NCBI GenBank assembly: GCA_963760795.1
Contig: CAVXEP010000022.1
Coordinates: 32,001-96,000, forward strand
DNA: 64,000 nucleotides
From: an uncultured delta proteobacterium
GTDB lineage: Bacteria; Desulfobacterota; Binatia; UBA9968
Direction: 5' to 3'
Positions 9,189-19,448 of this stretch are shown here, piece by piece; the first letter of the stretch is position 1; the number at the start of each line of letters is the position of its first letter. The notes beneath the pieces were generated by a model. It made no database searches. It had not been told where the DNA came from and saw nothing but the letters and a program-made list of their open reading frames with translations. A program made the translations under genes and the position numbers.

Positions 9189-10199
9189 CTATCGCTTCCC
9201 GAACATTGTGCCGATGAAACCGGAGTCGTCGAGTTCTTTAATCAAACTGTTGTCGTAGAACTGTTCCGCTTCGGCGCGCCGAGCGGCGTCGCGGCGTGAG
9301 GCTTTGAGAGCCCTTGCGACATGCTCTCGACTCACGTAGGGGCGCGATGGGATATGCGGGACGCTGGTGCGATAACTTTCTTGAAGTACTTCACGGTCGC
9401 TGATACGCGAGTATTTGCCGATGAGGCGCTGCGCCAGCGCGCCATCCTTGCGCAATGCGGCCAAAGCTTCGAGGTAAGCCTTATAAAAATTCAACGCCGT
9501 CGCCCGGTTCTGTTTCAGCCAGCTTTCTCGCGCGGCGAGCGCACCGTAGCCGAACGGGATTTTCATCTCGATCAGATTCATCAGTTCTCTAAAGCCCAGC
9601 TTCTGCGCGATCAAGCCATTGGGCGGCGAGATAATCGCCGCGTCGGCCAGGCCTTGTTGCAGCGCGTGCACGCGGGCGTCGGTGCCGCCGACGTAGAGAA
9701 TCTTATACTCGCTGTCTTTGAGTCCGACGGTTTCGAGGGCATCGCGTATGCCATAGTCGGAAGCAGATCCGGCGCTGCTGGCGGCGATGACTTTGCCCTT
9801 GAGTTGCGCCGGGCTCGTGATCGCCGGTTTACTGAAAATTTGGAAATAGTAGGTGTCGTAAACCGTGCCGATGATCGTGACGTCGCCGCCGGCCAGGCGC
9901 GCTTCGACCCCTGCGTTGAGAGCGATCTGGCCAATCTGGATGGAGTCGGATTCCAGGGCAAGGGCGATCCTCGAACCGCCGGCAAGGTAGATGATCTCGG
10001 CATCGATGCCGTACTTTGCGAATATTCCGTTATCCCGCCCCGCCCACAGCGGCGCCATGGTCGCCGTGATCGCGCTGTAGCCGAGACGTAATTTGGCCGC
10101 GCTCGCGCCATAGGAGAATGAAGTCGCGACCAGGACCGTGAGAACGCTTAAGATCGCCAGGCACAGTTTTATCCAACCTCCGATGGTTTTTCTCAGCAT
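9189..10199 (-). CDS. ABC transporter substrate-binding protein (NMT1/SsuA-like)
   Basis: Signal peptide, 'GIFAKYGIDAE', 'QLKGKVIA', C-terminal 'LIKELDDSGFI'. Confidence 0.85.
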   Translation of the reverse strand: MLRKTIGGWIKLCLAILSVLTVLVATSFSYGASAAKLRLGYSAITATMAPLWAGRDNGIFAKYGIDAEIIYLAGGSRIALALESDSIQIGQIALNAGVEARLAGGDVTIIGTVYDTYYFQIFSKPAITSPAQLKGKVIAASSAGSASDYGIRDALETVGLKDSEYKILYVGGTDARVHALQQGLADAAIISPPNGLIAQKLGFRELMNLIEMKIPFGYGALAARESWLKQNRATALNFYKAYLEALAALRKDGALAQRLIGKYSRISDREVLQESYRTSVPHIPSRPYVSREHVARALKASRRDAARRAEAEQFYDNSLIKELDDSGFIGTMFGKR

Positions 10200-10470
10200 A
10201 GTTTCGCAGCTCCAAGACTCCAATCCGGTCGTTACATGATCCAGCATCGCTGTCGAGTTTGAGTCTACTGACTGTCGCCGGCCCGAAGCAAGTGAAAACT
10301 AGCCGTCGATTCGAATCCCTCATCCCGATTGTTTGACGGATCGCTTGAAATGTCGGCGGAGCAAGAGCCCGATATCAACCTACGATCGGCCGCCAGCGCT
10401 AAGCGGGTTGTGATGTCATCGTGCCCCGTGTTATTGAGTCGACAAACTTCGAGCCATGTGAGGAGGCGTT

Positions 10471-11640
10471 ATGAAACGCGCCAGAATGAGACTCGTTTAT
10501 CCAATCATCTTGTTGGCGGTGACCTCGCTGTTTGGCTGTTCCACGGCGAATCGGATGAGTGCGAATATGCCGGCGTTGGCGGAGCAAGGCTATTTTCATG
10601 TCGGTGGAAAGTATCAGAAAATCGATAAAGACGAAATCTTGGTCGGACAGATGTATGTCTGGTATCAGATCCCCAAAGAATCGCGACGGCCCTATCCAGT
10701 GGTGCTCGTGCACGGCGGCGGGCAGACCGGAACGAATTTTCTGCGCACACCGGACGGACGGCCAGGATGGGCGGATCATTTTCTCCAAGCCGGTTACACC
10801 GTGTACGTGGTCGACTGGCCGGGACATGGCAAGTCGAACTATGTCGCGCCAGTCTACGGCGCGCCGGGGCTGGTGCCCACTGCGGCGCGCGAGAAACGCT
10901 TCACCCGGCCAAAAGATTTCTCTGACAATTGGCCCCAAGCACAAAAGCACACCCAGTGGCCTGGCACTGGACGCAAGGACGATCCGATTTTCGATCACTT
11001 CTTAGCCTCGCAAAGCATCACGCCCACAGCGGTGGTTAAAGGCGCTGGACCGCTCAACGAGAAACTTACCGGTGACGCGCTGGTAGCGTTGCTCGATAAG
11101 ATCGGACCGGCGATCGTGCTCACCCATTCGATGTCGGGAAAGCCGGGCTGGTTGGTGGCTGATGCCCGGCCAAAACTGGTCAAGGGCATGCTCGCCGTGG
11201 AACCCAATGGGCCGCCATTTCACGAAGCACCGTACGCCTGGGGAAGCTCGCCAGGTGAAAACCTGACCCGGCCCTGGGGCATGACCGCGTTTCCCGTGAC
11301 CTACGATCCGCCGGTAAAGAGCGCGTCCGAGATAAAGATCGTCCAAGATGAAAAAGCGGACGGCCCCGACAAAGCCCGCTGTTATCGCCAAGCGGAACCG
11401 GCGCGGCGCTTAGTAAATCTGGCCCAGGTGCCGACGCTGATCCTGCAATCGGAAGCTTCCTATCACGCCGGTTACGATCAGTGCTCGGTGAGGTTTCTAA
11501 GACAGGCCGGCGTCGCCGTCGACTTCATCAAACTCGAAGATGTCGGCATCCGCGGCAACGGCCACATGATGATGCTGGAAAAAAATAATCACGAGATCGC
11601 CCAGGTAATGATCGACTGGTTGGAGAAGTCGGTTAAATAA
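10471..11640 (+). CDS. Secreted/lipoprotein alpha/beta hydrolase (esterase-like)
   Basis: Lipobox 'LFGC', 'LVHGGGQTG', 'VDWPGHGKS', 'THSMSG', 'GNGHMMMLEKN'. Confidence 0.85.
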   Translation: MKRARMRLVYPIILLAVTSLFGCSTANRMSANMPALAEQGYFHVGGKYQKIDKDEILVGQMYVWYQIPKESRRPYPVVLVHGGGQTGTNFLRTPDGRPGWADHFLQAGYTVYVVDWPGHGKSNYVAPVYGAPGLVPTAAREKRFTRPKDFSDNWPQAQKHTQWPGTGRKDDPIFDHFLASQSITPTAVVKGAGPLNEKLTGDALVALLDKIGPAIVLTHSMSGKPGWLVADARPKLVKGMLAVEPNGPPFHEAPYAWGSSPGENLTRPWGMTAFPVTYDPPVKSASEIKIVQDEKADGPDKARCYRQAEPARRLVNLAQVPTLILQSEASYHAGYDQCSVRFLRQAGVAVDFIKLEDVGIRGNGHMMMLEKNNHEIAQVMIDWLEKSVK

Positions 11641-12041
11641 ATAAGTAACTGATACCGAGGATGACGGTGTTAGTTTTGGTTTTGCTGGGGTGAAGATTTG
11701 GTTTTCGTGACAGCGCGAGCGGCAATCGATATTGACAGCAGACATAGCGATCGGCGATTGATTTGATAGCAGGTTTACTAACCAACAGTGTCCTGGTTTC
11801 GCCACACGTACAGCCCCTGTTGAAAACCCATAACCCGCGCATCGGCGAGGTCAGTGTCGAGAACCTTGTCGACAGCCGCTATAATTCGCAAACTAGATAA
11901 TGACGTTTTTTGAGCGGATATAGGCTAATTGAACAAAATCTTTCACGCATTCTGCATCTGGATTGTCAAAAAGAGAGAACTGACCGGAACTTCCATATGA
12001 ATCCCATTGCCAACTTTTACTTCAGCGAGTGTCAAACTTAA

Positions 12042-13646
12042 ATGAACTCAACCGAACAATCATTTCACTGGTGGGAGCGCGGCATCGTGTACCAAATCTA
12101 CCCGCGCTCGTTTATGGACAGCAACGGCGATGGCATCGGCGATCTGCCGGGGATTCGCCAAAAGCTCGATTACTTGCAATGGCTCGGCGTAGACGCTATC
12201 TGGATTTCGCCTATTTATCCCTCGCCCATGGCCGATTTCGGTTATGACGTGAGCGACTACACCGATATCGATGGGATTTTCGGCTCACTGGCAGACTTCG
12301 ATGCGTTGCTGGCCGAGGTGCATGCCCGCGGTATGAAGCTGCTGCTGGACTACGTTCCCAATCATACTTCCGATCGCCATCCCTGGTTCATCGATTCGAA
12401 ATCGTCGCGCTCCAGCGCGAAACGCGACTGGTATATCTGGCGTGATGCCGCACCGGAGGGCGGGCCGCCGAACAACTGGCGATCCAATTTCGGTGGCGCG
12501 GCCTGGACATGGGACAAAGCAACCGGACAATATTTTTATCACGCTTTCCTCAAAGAGCAGCCAGATCTTAACTGGCGCAATGTCGAAGTGCGGCAAGCGA
12601 TGCTCGACGTGCTGCGCTTTTGGCTCTACCGCGGCGTCGATGGCTTTCGCGTCGACGTCATGCACCATCTTGCCAAGGACACGCAGTACCGCGACAATCC
12701 GCCTAACCCGGATTTTCGTCCGGGCATGTCGCCCTATCGCGAGCTGCTCACGACCCACTCGGTGGATCTGCCGGAGGTTCATGAAATCGTCGCCCTGATG
12801 CGCGCGGTGGTCGACGAGTATGACGATCGCATGTTGGTCGGCGAGATTTATCTCCCGTTGGAGCGGCTGATGGCCTATTACGGGGCGAGTGGCGAGGGCG
12901 CGCACCTGCCGTTCAATTTCCAACTGCTGCGTTTGCCATGGGATGCCAAAGGCGTTGCCACCGTGGTCGAGCGCTACGAAGCAATGCTGCCGTCGTATGC
13001 CTGGCCAAACTGGGTGCTCGGCAATCACGACAAACCACGCATCGCCACCCGGGTCGGCGCCGCGCAAGCGCGCGTGGCGGCACTCCTGTTGCTGACTTTG
13101 CGCGGCACGCCGACGATGTACTATGGCGATGAGATCGGCATGCACGATGTGGCGATTGCACCGAATCAGGTGCGCGATCCTTTCGAGAAAAACGTTCCCG
13201 GTCTAGGCCTCGGCCGCGATCCGGTGCGCACTCCAATGCAATGGACCGGCGGCCATTGCGCCGGCTTTACAACCGGCGCGCCCTGGCTGCCACTCGCCGA
13301 TGACTGCAAAACCGTCAATGTGGCGACGTTGCGCAATCAACCCAATTCGATTCTCACGCTTTATCATCGCCTTATCGAGCTGCGACGGGCAGAGCCAGCG
13401 TTGTCCGTGGGCGAGTTCGCCTCGCTCCCTGTCATCGATAATGTGATGGCCTACGTGCGCAAGGCCGGTGACCGCAGGCTTTTGATCGTCCTCAACTTCG
13501 TGCCGCAAGCGCGTAGCTTCGACCTGAGCACGCTCGATGCGCAGGCCGTATTGCTGCTGTCAACTCATCTCGACCGAAACCAAGAGCAACTGGGCGGCGA
13601 GATCCAATTGCGCAGCGATGAAGGTGTCATAATCGAGCTTCGATGA
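12042..13646 (+). CDS. GH13 alpha-glucosidase / oligo-1,6-glucosidase
   Basis: 'YQIYPRSFMDSNGDGIGDL', catalytic 'GFRVDV', 'GEIY', 'GNHD', 'RDPVRTPMQW'. Confidence 0.93.
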   Translation: MNSTEQSFHWWERGIVYQIYPRSFMDSNGDGIGDLPGIRQKLDYLQWLGVDAIWISPIYPSPMADFGYDVSDYTDIDGIFGSLADFDALLAEVHARGMKLLLDYVPNHTSDRHPWFIDSKSSRSSAKRDWYIWRDAAPEGGPPNNWRSNFGGAAWTWDKATGQYFYHAFLKEQPDLNWRNVEVRQAMLDVLRFWLYRGVDGFRVDVMHHLAKDTQYRDNPPNPDFRPGMSPYRELLTTHSVDLPEVHEIVALMRAVVDEYDDRMLVGEIYLPLERLMAYYGASGEGAHLPFNFQLLRLPWDAKGVATVVERYEAMLPSYAWPNWVLGNHDKPRIATRVGAAQARVAALLLLTLRGTPTMYYGDEIGMHDVAIAPNQVRDPFEKNVPGLGLGRDPVRTPMQWTGGHCAGFTTGAPWLPLADDCKTVNVATLRNQPNSILTLYHRLIELRRAEPALSVGEFASLPVIDNVMAYVRKAGDRRLLIVLNFVPQARSFDLSTLDAQAVLLLSTHLDRNQEQLGGEIQLRSDEGVIIELR

Positions 13647-13875
13647 CGGGCGGCAAATTAATCGGACGTAATATTTGAGCGACACCTGCATGACGACGTT
13701 CGGCGCATGATGGAACACGGCGGAATCGGCGTTGTCTCCCAGCTAATTCCAGCTTGGCCTCAATAATCCTTGGCATAGCGAACTGTTTTCATCCTAAGTT
13801 GACGAACTAGAGCTTAATCGACTACCATTTTGATTTTCGCGTCTTGCTTAGATTCGACCAGGACAAGATTCCCCA

Positions 13876-15822
13876 ATGACACAACAAGATTCGATTCCGC
13901 GCATCATCGTGCAGCCGGCAAGCGGTTTCATCGCATTTGGCGATGACGAGATTGAACAATCAATTCCGCAGCGCTTCGAGCAGCAGGTACAGGCGGATGG
14001 CAACCGGGTGGCGATAAAGTCAGACCGAGATGTCTATACTTTTGATTCGTTAAATCGGACCGCCAACCGGTTAGCACGAGAGATATCGAGGCGGCGCGGC
14101 AGCAGCATGGCTGAGCCGATTGCCCTGCTCTTCGATCACGGTGCCGCGGTTCTAGTGGCGATTATGGCGGTTCTAAAAGCCGGAAAGTTTTACATCGCCT
14201 TGGACGCGAGCTATCCACGAGATCGCTTGAAGTACATGCTTCAAGATTCCGGCGCCAAACTTATCGTCACCGACCCAAACAATATCGCTGTCGTACGAGG
14301 GATTTCCGACGACACTTTGGACGTTGTCGATTTCATGAGTTCGGATGTCTCTCTTCCTGATCACAATCTGGGCATGTCGCCGAAACCGGACAGCCTGGCG
14401 CTGCTGCTTTATACCTCGGGTTCGACCGGACAGCCGAAGGGAGTGATGCACACGCATCGCAATGTTCTCGTCGACGTGCGCAATCTCACAAATGGTTGGG
14501 GTGTTAGCGCGAAAGATCGCTGGTTGTTGCATACCTCGGTGAGTTTCGCGAACTCAGTGCGCACGATTTTTAGCTCTCTCTTAAACGGCGGCTCCATCTA
14601 TCCCTACGACATTAAAGAAACCGGCTTCGGTGCGTTGCCGAACTGGCTGGTGGCACAGGAGATCACCATCGTCCGGACCGTGCCAACGACCTTTCGCGAC
14701 TTTATGGGCACGTTGGAAAGAGACCAGAAATTTCCATCGGTTCGACTGTTATCGGTCGGCGGAGAACCGATGCTGCGAGACGACCTCGACTATTTTAATC
14801 GCCACTTTCTAGGCCATTGCGTCCTATGCCATGCTCTCGGACCGACCGAGTGCTTGACCGTTTGTTGGGCGCTGATCCCCCATGGCAGTCGCATAACGGA
14901 GACAAAATTGCCGATCGGTTATCCGCTCAAAGACAAAGATGTGCTGGTGCTCGACGACAATCGAAGAGAACTCGGCGACGGCGAAGTTGGCGAGCTAGCA
15001 GTCAAGAGCCGCTATATCTCGCTGGGCTACTGGCGCGATCCTGAGCGAACTCAGTCTGTGTTCTTACCAGATCCAGCCGGCACCGCCGCTCGAATTTACT
15101 TGACCGGCGACCTCGGCCTGAGGAGACCGGACGGTTGCCTGGTCCATGTTGGCCGCGAGGACTTCCAGGTAAAGATTCGCGGCTTTCGAATTGACGTTGC
15201 GGAGATTGAAATCGCGCTACGCGCCATCGACGTAGTCGCTGATGCCGTCGTCGTTGGGCGGCAAGACGAGCACAGCGCACAAAGGCTGGTTGCCTATTTC
15301 GTGCCGGCAACCCATCCGCCGGTCACGATTACCAAGCTTCGTCAAATTCTCGCTCGAACGTTACCTGACTACATGATTCCATCATCGTTTGTTTCTATGG
15401 CTGCGCTGCCGCAGACTCCGAACGGGAAAACGGATCGGCTTCGATTGCCTCCTCCAGCTCGAAACCGACCTGACCTAGATAACGCTTTCGTACCGCCAGG
15501 GACGACGGCGGAGACAGAGCTATCGACAATATGGTCCGATGTTTTAGGTATCGATCAATTGGGAATTAATGACAATTTTTTCGAATTGGGCGGCGACTCC
15601 CTGCTGGCAACGCGGGTCGTCACTCTGGTGATGAAGAAATTCAGAGCGCATTTGCCGATCAGGACCTTGTTTGATAACCCGACAATAGCCCAGCAGGCTG
15701 AACAACTTTTGCTATGGCAGACAAAAGCTATTAGCGCGCAATCCCTGGCAAACATCCTATACGAAATCGAATCCTTGTCCGACGAGGAAATCTACCACCG
15801 TCTCACCAGCGAAAAGGACTAA
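13876..15822 (+). CDS. Stand-alone NRPS-like adenylation + peptidyl carrier (A-PCP) protein
   Basis: A3 'YTSGSTGQPKG', A5 'GPTE', A7 'YLTGD', A8 'GREDFQVKIRGFRI', A10 'PNGK', PCP 'DNFFELGGDSL'. No C, TE or R domain. Confidence 0.9.
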   Translation: MTQQDSIPRIIVQPASGFIAFGDDEIEQSIPQRFEQQVQADGNRVAIKSDRDVYTFDSLNRTANRLAREISRRRGSSMAEPIALLFDHGAAVLVAIMAVLKAGKFYIALDASYPRDRLKYMLQDSGAKLIVTDPNNIAVVRGISDDTLDVVDFMSSDVSLPDHNLGMSPKPDSLALLLYTSGSTGQPKGVMHTHRNVLVDVRNLTNGWGVSAKDRWLLHTSVSFANSVRTIFSSLLNGGSIYPYDIKETGFGALPNWLVAQEITIVRTVPTTFRDFMGTLERDQKFPSVRLLSVGGEPMLRDDLDYFNRHFLGHCVLCHALGPTECLTVCWALIPHGSRITETKLPIGYPLKDKDVLVLDDNRRELGDGEVGELAVKSRYISLGYWRDPERTQSVFLPDPAGTAARIYLTGDLGLRRPDGCLVHVGREDFQVKIRGFRIDVAEIEIALRAIDVVADAVVVGRQDEHSAQRLVAYFVPATHPPVTITKLRQILARTLPDYMIPSSFVSMAALPQTPNGKTDRLRLPPPARNRPDLDNAFVPPGTTAETELSTIWSDVLGIDQLGINDNFFELGGDSLLATRVVTLVMKKFRAHLPIRTLFDNPTIAQQAEQLLLWQTKAISAQSLANILYEIESLSDEEIYHRLTSEKD

Positions 15823-15830
15823 ATTACGCC

Positions 15831-16928
15831 ATGGTAAGAAATCACGCAGCTTATTTTTCAAATCCGGCGCGAAAGCGCGCATACATGCCAGTAGCGCGGT
15901 TAAGTCATCTGCGTCATCGACACATGATGCCGGCAACCCTACTGCTGGTTATCGCCATGACGCTCGCTTTTTGCTCTCACGCTTTAGCGGACGAATCGTT
16001 CTATCAGGGAAAGCGGATCACCATACTCATCGGTACTCAGAGCGGCGGCAGCATGGTTGCAGCCCGAGTCCTAAGCCAACATTTGGGGAAATATATTCCG
16101 GGAAATCCGACAATCTTAGTTCAACCGATGCTCGGCGGGTCGCATATCGTTGCCACCAATCATGTATTTACCATCGCCAAACCTGACGGTTTGACACTGT
16201 TGGCGGCCAACCCGAACGTTGCGATCGCGCAATTAGTAAAAGAGGAAGCCGTTCGCTTCGATGTCACCAAGTTTGCCTGGATCGGTTCGTCGGGCTCGGA
16301 CGGCGTCGTGCTGACCATCCGTTCAGATCTTCCTTACAAGACATTTGAACAGCTGCAGCGAGCCGATCGAGAGTTGTTAGTCGGCACCACAGCAGTGGGC
16401 TCCAACGCATATGATTTTCCATTGCTGTTGAAGGAGTTTGCCGGCGCGAAATTTAAGATGGTGAGCGGCTATCCGGCAAACCCCGACATAGTTCTTGCCA
16501 TCGAACGCAAAGAGGTCGAGATCTGGTCCGCCTTTGCCGCGTCGGTGCGTCCCGTGGTTCAAAAGGGCGTCGTACATCCGCTCATCCGGTCTAGCGTGCC
16601 GTCACCCGGTTTCGAACATTTGCCGATAGACGAGAACTTCACCACTCATCCTGTCGGCAAAGCCCTTATGGCGATCAAGACCGGTCCACTAGCCATTGGC
16701 CGCGCGCTCGCTGCTCCGCCGGCGACACCACCGGAAAGAGTCGAAATCTTGAGGAAAGCGCTGGCAGCCGCGCTCAGCGACCCAGAACTCGATGCCGACT
16801 TTCATAAGTCACAAATCGACTATAGTCACATCTCTGGGTCAGAAGTTATGCGCCGTTTCACGACTCTTATGAAGCAACCGCCGGACATCCAACGGCAGTT
16901 AGCCAAATATATAAAATTCGGCGGCTAA
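15831..16928 (+). CDS. TctC/Bug-like substrate-binding protein (start uncertain, possibly 15885 or 15924)
   Basis: 'FYQGKRITILIG', 'IPGNPTILVQPM.G', 'AKPDGLTL', 'APPATPPERVEILRKA'. Confidence 0.85.
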   Translation: MVRNHAAYFSNPARKRAYMPVARLSHLRHRHMMPATLLLVIAMTLAFCSHALADESFYQGKRITILIGTQSGGSMVAARVLSQHLGKYIPGNPTILVQPMLGGSHIVATNHVFTIAKPDGLTLLAANPNVAIAQLVKEEAVRFDVTKFAWIGSSGSDGVVLTIRSDLPYKTFEQLQRADRELLVGTTAVGSNAYDFPLLLKEFAGAKFKMVSGYPANPDIVLAIERKEVEIWSAFAASVRPVVQKGVVHPLIRSSVPSPGFEHLPIDENFTTHPVGKALMAIKTGPLAIGRALAAPPATPPERVEILRKALAAALSDPELDADFHKSQIDYSHISGSEVMRRFTTLMKQPPDIQRQLAKYIKFGG

Positions 16929-17110
16929 TCAATGCGCCTTCGCGATCTGTCGGTGACAGGGACCAGGCCGGGCTTTCTAAGCAGACTGCGCGGTTGACAA
17001 TTTTCCATGTTTCTCCCTAATCGCTCGGTCCCGCGCTCGACCCGCACTCTACTTGCACCGAACAAGCTATCCGCCATCCATGAAGTCACCCCGTTTTGGG
17101 CCGGTCCGCC

Positions 17111-18136
17111 CTACTTCACTTCCCCAGGAAAAAGCTTGGAAGCATAATCACGATTGACCGCCTGTATCAACGTGTTGTCATAAAACCGCTTCGGATCGGC
17201 GCCCTTGCCTTTGCCGTCAGGCGAGTCTTCGAGCACCACGCGAATCGCCACCGGATCGACGCTCATGTCTTTGTTCCAGACCCGCAAGCCTTGCCGGTAA
17301 TTTTCGGCGAGTAACTTTGCGTCGGTGATCTTGGAATACTTGCCGTCGAGCTTCTTTGCGTACTCCTCGTCATCGATGGCGCGTTTCAGGCCGTCGAGAT
17401 GCCCCATGAAATATGCTTTGATCGTATTCGGATTTTTCTGCGCAAACTCCCGCATCACCGCGGTGCCCGGACCGATGATTTTCACGCCTTCTTTGTAATA
17501 GTCGACGACCACCGTGGCGCCTTTTTGCCTGGCCAGGTCGGTGTGCGGCGGGCCGATCACCAAACCGTCGGCATTGCCGACCAAAAATGTCGACAATGCT
17601 TCCCCCGGCGTCCGGTGATAGATCAACTTCACATCTTTGCCCACCTCCATGCCATGCTTGCGCGCAGTCATGCGCACGACGATTTCGCCGAACGCGCCGG
17701 GAGAAGTTGTCGAGATCGTTTTGCCGCGGAATTGTTCAAACGATGTGAAGCCCTTTTGGCTGAGCAACATCAAAGAGCTCTTATCCACCGAAGCTCCGAC
17801 GTAAATGATGTCGGCTCCGTTGAGATTGCCGCCGATCGCCGTGGCGCCGCCTTGATAAATATCGACCCTACCCGAGATCAGTGCCTGCACCGATGTGCTC
17901 GCCGCCACCACAGAAATATTCACAGCCAGGCCTTGCTTGGCAAAGTACCCGCCATCCAGCGCAACCGCCGTGGGAATCGATGTCGCCCCCCATGCCGCGA
18001 TCGCTACCTCTAGCTGATTTTTTTCGGGCTTGGCGGATGAAACTTGCGCAAAAACTTCACCACCTAGCAAGTAGCCGACAATCAGCATTGCGCTAAAGCG
18101 AAAGCTCACGGTTGCACGGAAGGAAGGAATCTTCAT
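17111..18136 (-). CDS. ABC transporter substrate-binding protein (NMT1/SsuA-like)
   Basis: Signal peptide, 'GYFAKQGLAV', 'FRGKTI', 'DPKRFYDNTLI'. Confidence 0.85.
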   Translation of the reverse strand: MKIPSFRATVSFRFSAMLIVGYLLGGEVFAQVSSAKPEKNQLEVAIAAWGATSIPTAVALDGGYFAKQGLAVNISVVAASTSVQALISGRVDIYQGGATAIGGNLNGADIIYVGASVDKSSLMLLSQKGFTSFEQFRGKTISTTSPGAFGEIVVRMTARKHGMEVGKDVKLIYHRTPGEALSTFLVGNADGLVIGPPHTDLARQKGATVVVDYYKEGVKIIGPGTAVMREFAQKNPNTIKAYFMGHLDGLKRAIDDEEYAKKLDGKYSKITDAKLLAENYRQGLRVWNKDMSVDPVAIRVVLEDSPDGKGKGADPKRFYDNTLIQAVNRDYASKLFPGEVK

Positions 18137-18285
18137 TTTTCGCAGCCCTTTCACAGCACGGAATCGAGCAATATCCACGTTAACCGATCACCTACGGAGC
18201 CTTTAGCATGGCCCTGCGACTGACCGCAATGAGAATCTTGTGGCGCCGATTTTGGATTCAGCCTGCTGGTCGGAAACCGTAACGA

Positions 18286-19281
18286 CTAATTTCCATACAA
18301 CTTTTTAATGAAGCCGCTGTCCTCGATTTCCTTCAGGATTGATGGGTCGATGAAGTCACTGGGGTTTAGACTTTTCATTTGCGGGCGGGTCTTGGCGAGT
18401 TGATCGATGATGGTCTGGATGCCTTCGCGGTCCGGGTAGGGAACTCTGCGGATCAGTCGCTGGGACATCTCCTCATAGGATGCTTGCACGAGCGACAGAT
18501 CGTCGAGCCGCGTGTATTTTTTCAGGACGTTAAGCGCCAAGTCTTTGTTGGTTTTGAAGACATAGATGCCTTCGAGATAGGCTTTCATGAATCGGACGAC
18601 GACATCGCGATTGGCGCGAATAAAACTCTTGCGCACGCCAAAGCCATGCATCGTGTACGGCACGCCAAGCTGGCTCAAATCAGCAACTAAAACCGAACCC
18701 GCTCGTGTGGCAACTGTCGAAAAGGGTTCCGATAGAATCGCCGCGTCCACCGCCCTATTTTGCAATGCTAAAACCGATTCCGGCTCGCCGCCCACTTGGA
18801 GTAGGGCAACGTCTTTATCGGGCACCAGACCCCAGTGGGTGAGCGCATAGCGAATGGAAAAATCACTGGCGCCGCCGAGCCGGGAAATCGCCACCTTCTT
18901 GCCCTTTAAATTTTCCGGCTTTTTGATGTCTGGGCTGCCAAGGATTTTGAACGCAAAAGTATTGAGTGTCGCGGTCAGCCCAACGAAATCCGCGCCAGTC
19001 GCATTCGCGTTGATATTGGCCACACCGCCGCTGGTGAGAAACTGGATTTCGCCCGCTAGCGCCGCCTGCAGCGCTCGTGAGCTCACCGGAACAAATAACA
19101 CCTCGACGTCCAAGCCATGCTTACGCGGCAGGTCGAGCTCCTTCATGATGTAAACCGGATCGAATTGGATACCTATAGAAGTATAGGCCGCGCGGACTTT
19201 GGGCAGGTTTTGTCCTCGCGCCGGAGCGGCGAAAGCGACAACAACAGCAAAACAAGTCAGCCAACTTCTTATACTCAACAT
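18286..19281 (-). CDS. ABC transporter substrate-binding protein (NMT1/SsuA-like)
   Basis: RBS GGAGG, signal peptide, 'KHGLDVEV', 'LKGKKVAISRLGGASD', 'LKEIEDSGFI'. Confidence 0.87.
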   Translation of the reverse strand: MLSIRSWLTCFAVVVAFAAPARGQNLPKVRAAYTSIGIQFDPVYIMKELDLPRKHGLDVEVLFVPVSSRALQAALAGEIQFLTSGGVANINANATGADFVGLTATLNTFAFKILGSPDIKKPENLKGKKVAISRLGGASDFSIRYALTHWGLVPDKDVALLQVGGEPESVLALQNRAVDAAILSEPFSTVATRAGSVLVADLSQLGVPYTMHGFGVRKSFIRANRDVVVRFMKAYLEGIYVFKTNKDLALNVLKKYTRLDDLSLVQASYEEMSQRLIRRVPYPDREGIQTIIDQLAKTRPQMKSLNPSDFIDPSILKEIEDSGFIKKLYGN

Positions 19282-19328
19282 GGTTCCTCCGGTTATCCTA
19301 CACCGCTCGGTTTTCCGCCCCACCACCC

Positions 19329-19355
19329 CTGGATGCCCGCGTGCGCGGGCATGAC
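19329..19355. repeat. REP-like palindrome
   Basis: CTGG-ATGCCCGC-GTGC-GCGGGCAT-GAC, a perfect stem in the intergenic region. Confidence 0.6.
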
Positions 19356-19448
19356 CGAACTTCACTTCGCCTGAAGCCTGACAAATCCTTGCACCCGCAT
19401 TCTCCGATCTTTGCCCCTCTGCGTCTTTGCGGGATTCGACTAGCCAAT

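Noticed and set aside
11810-11830. 'CAGCCCCTGTTGAAAACCC' resembling an IS terminal repeat
   Set aside because: No partner end, transposase or target duplication was found.
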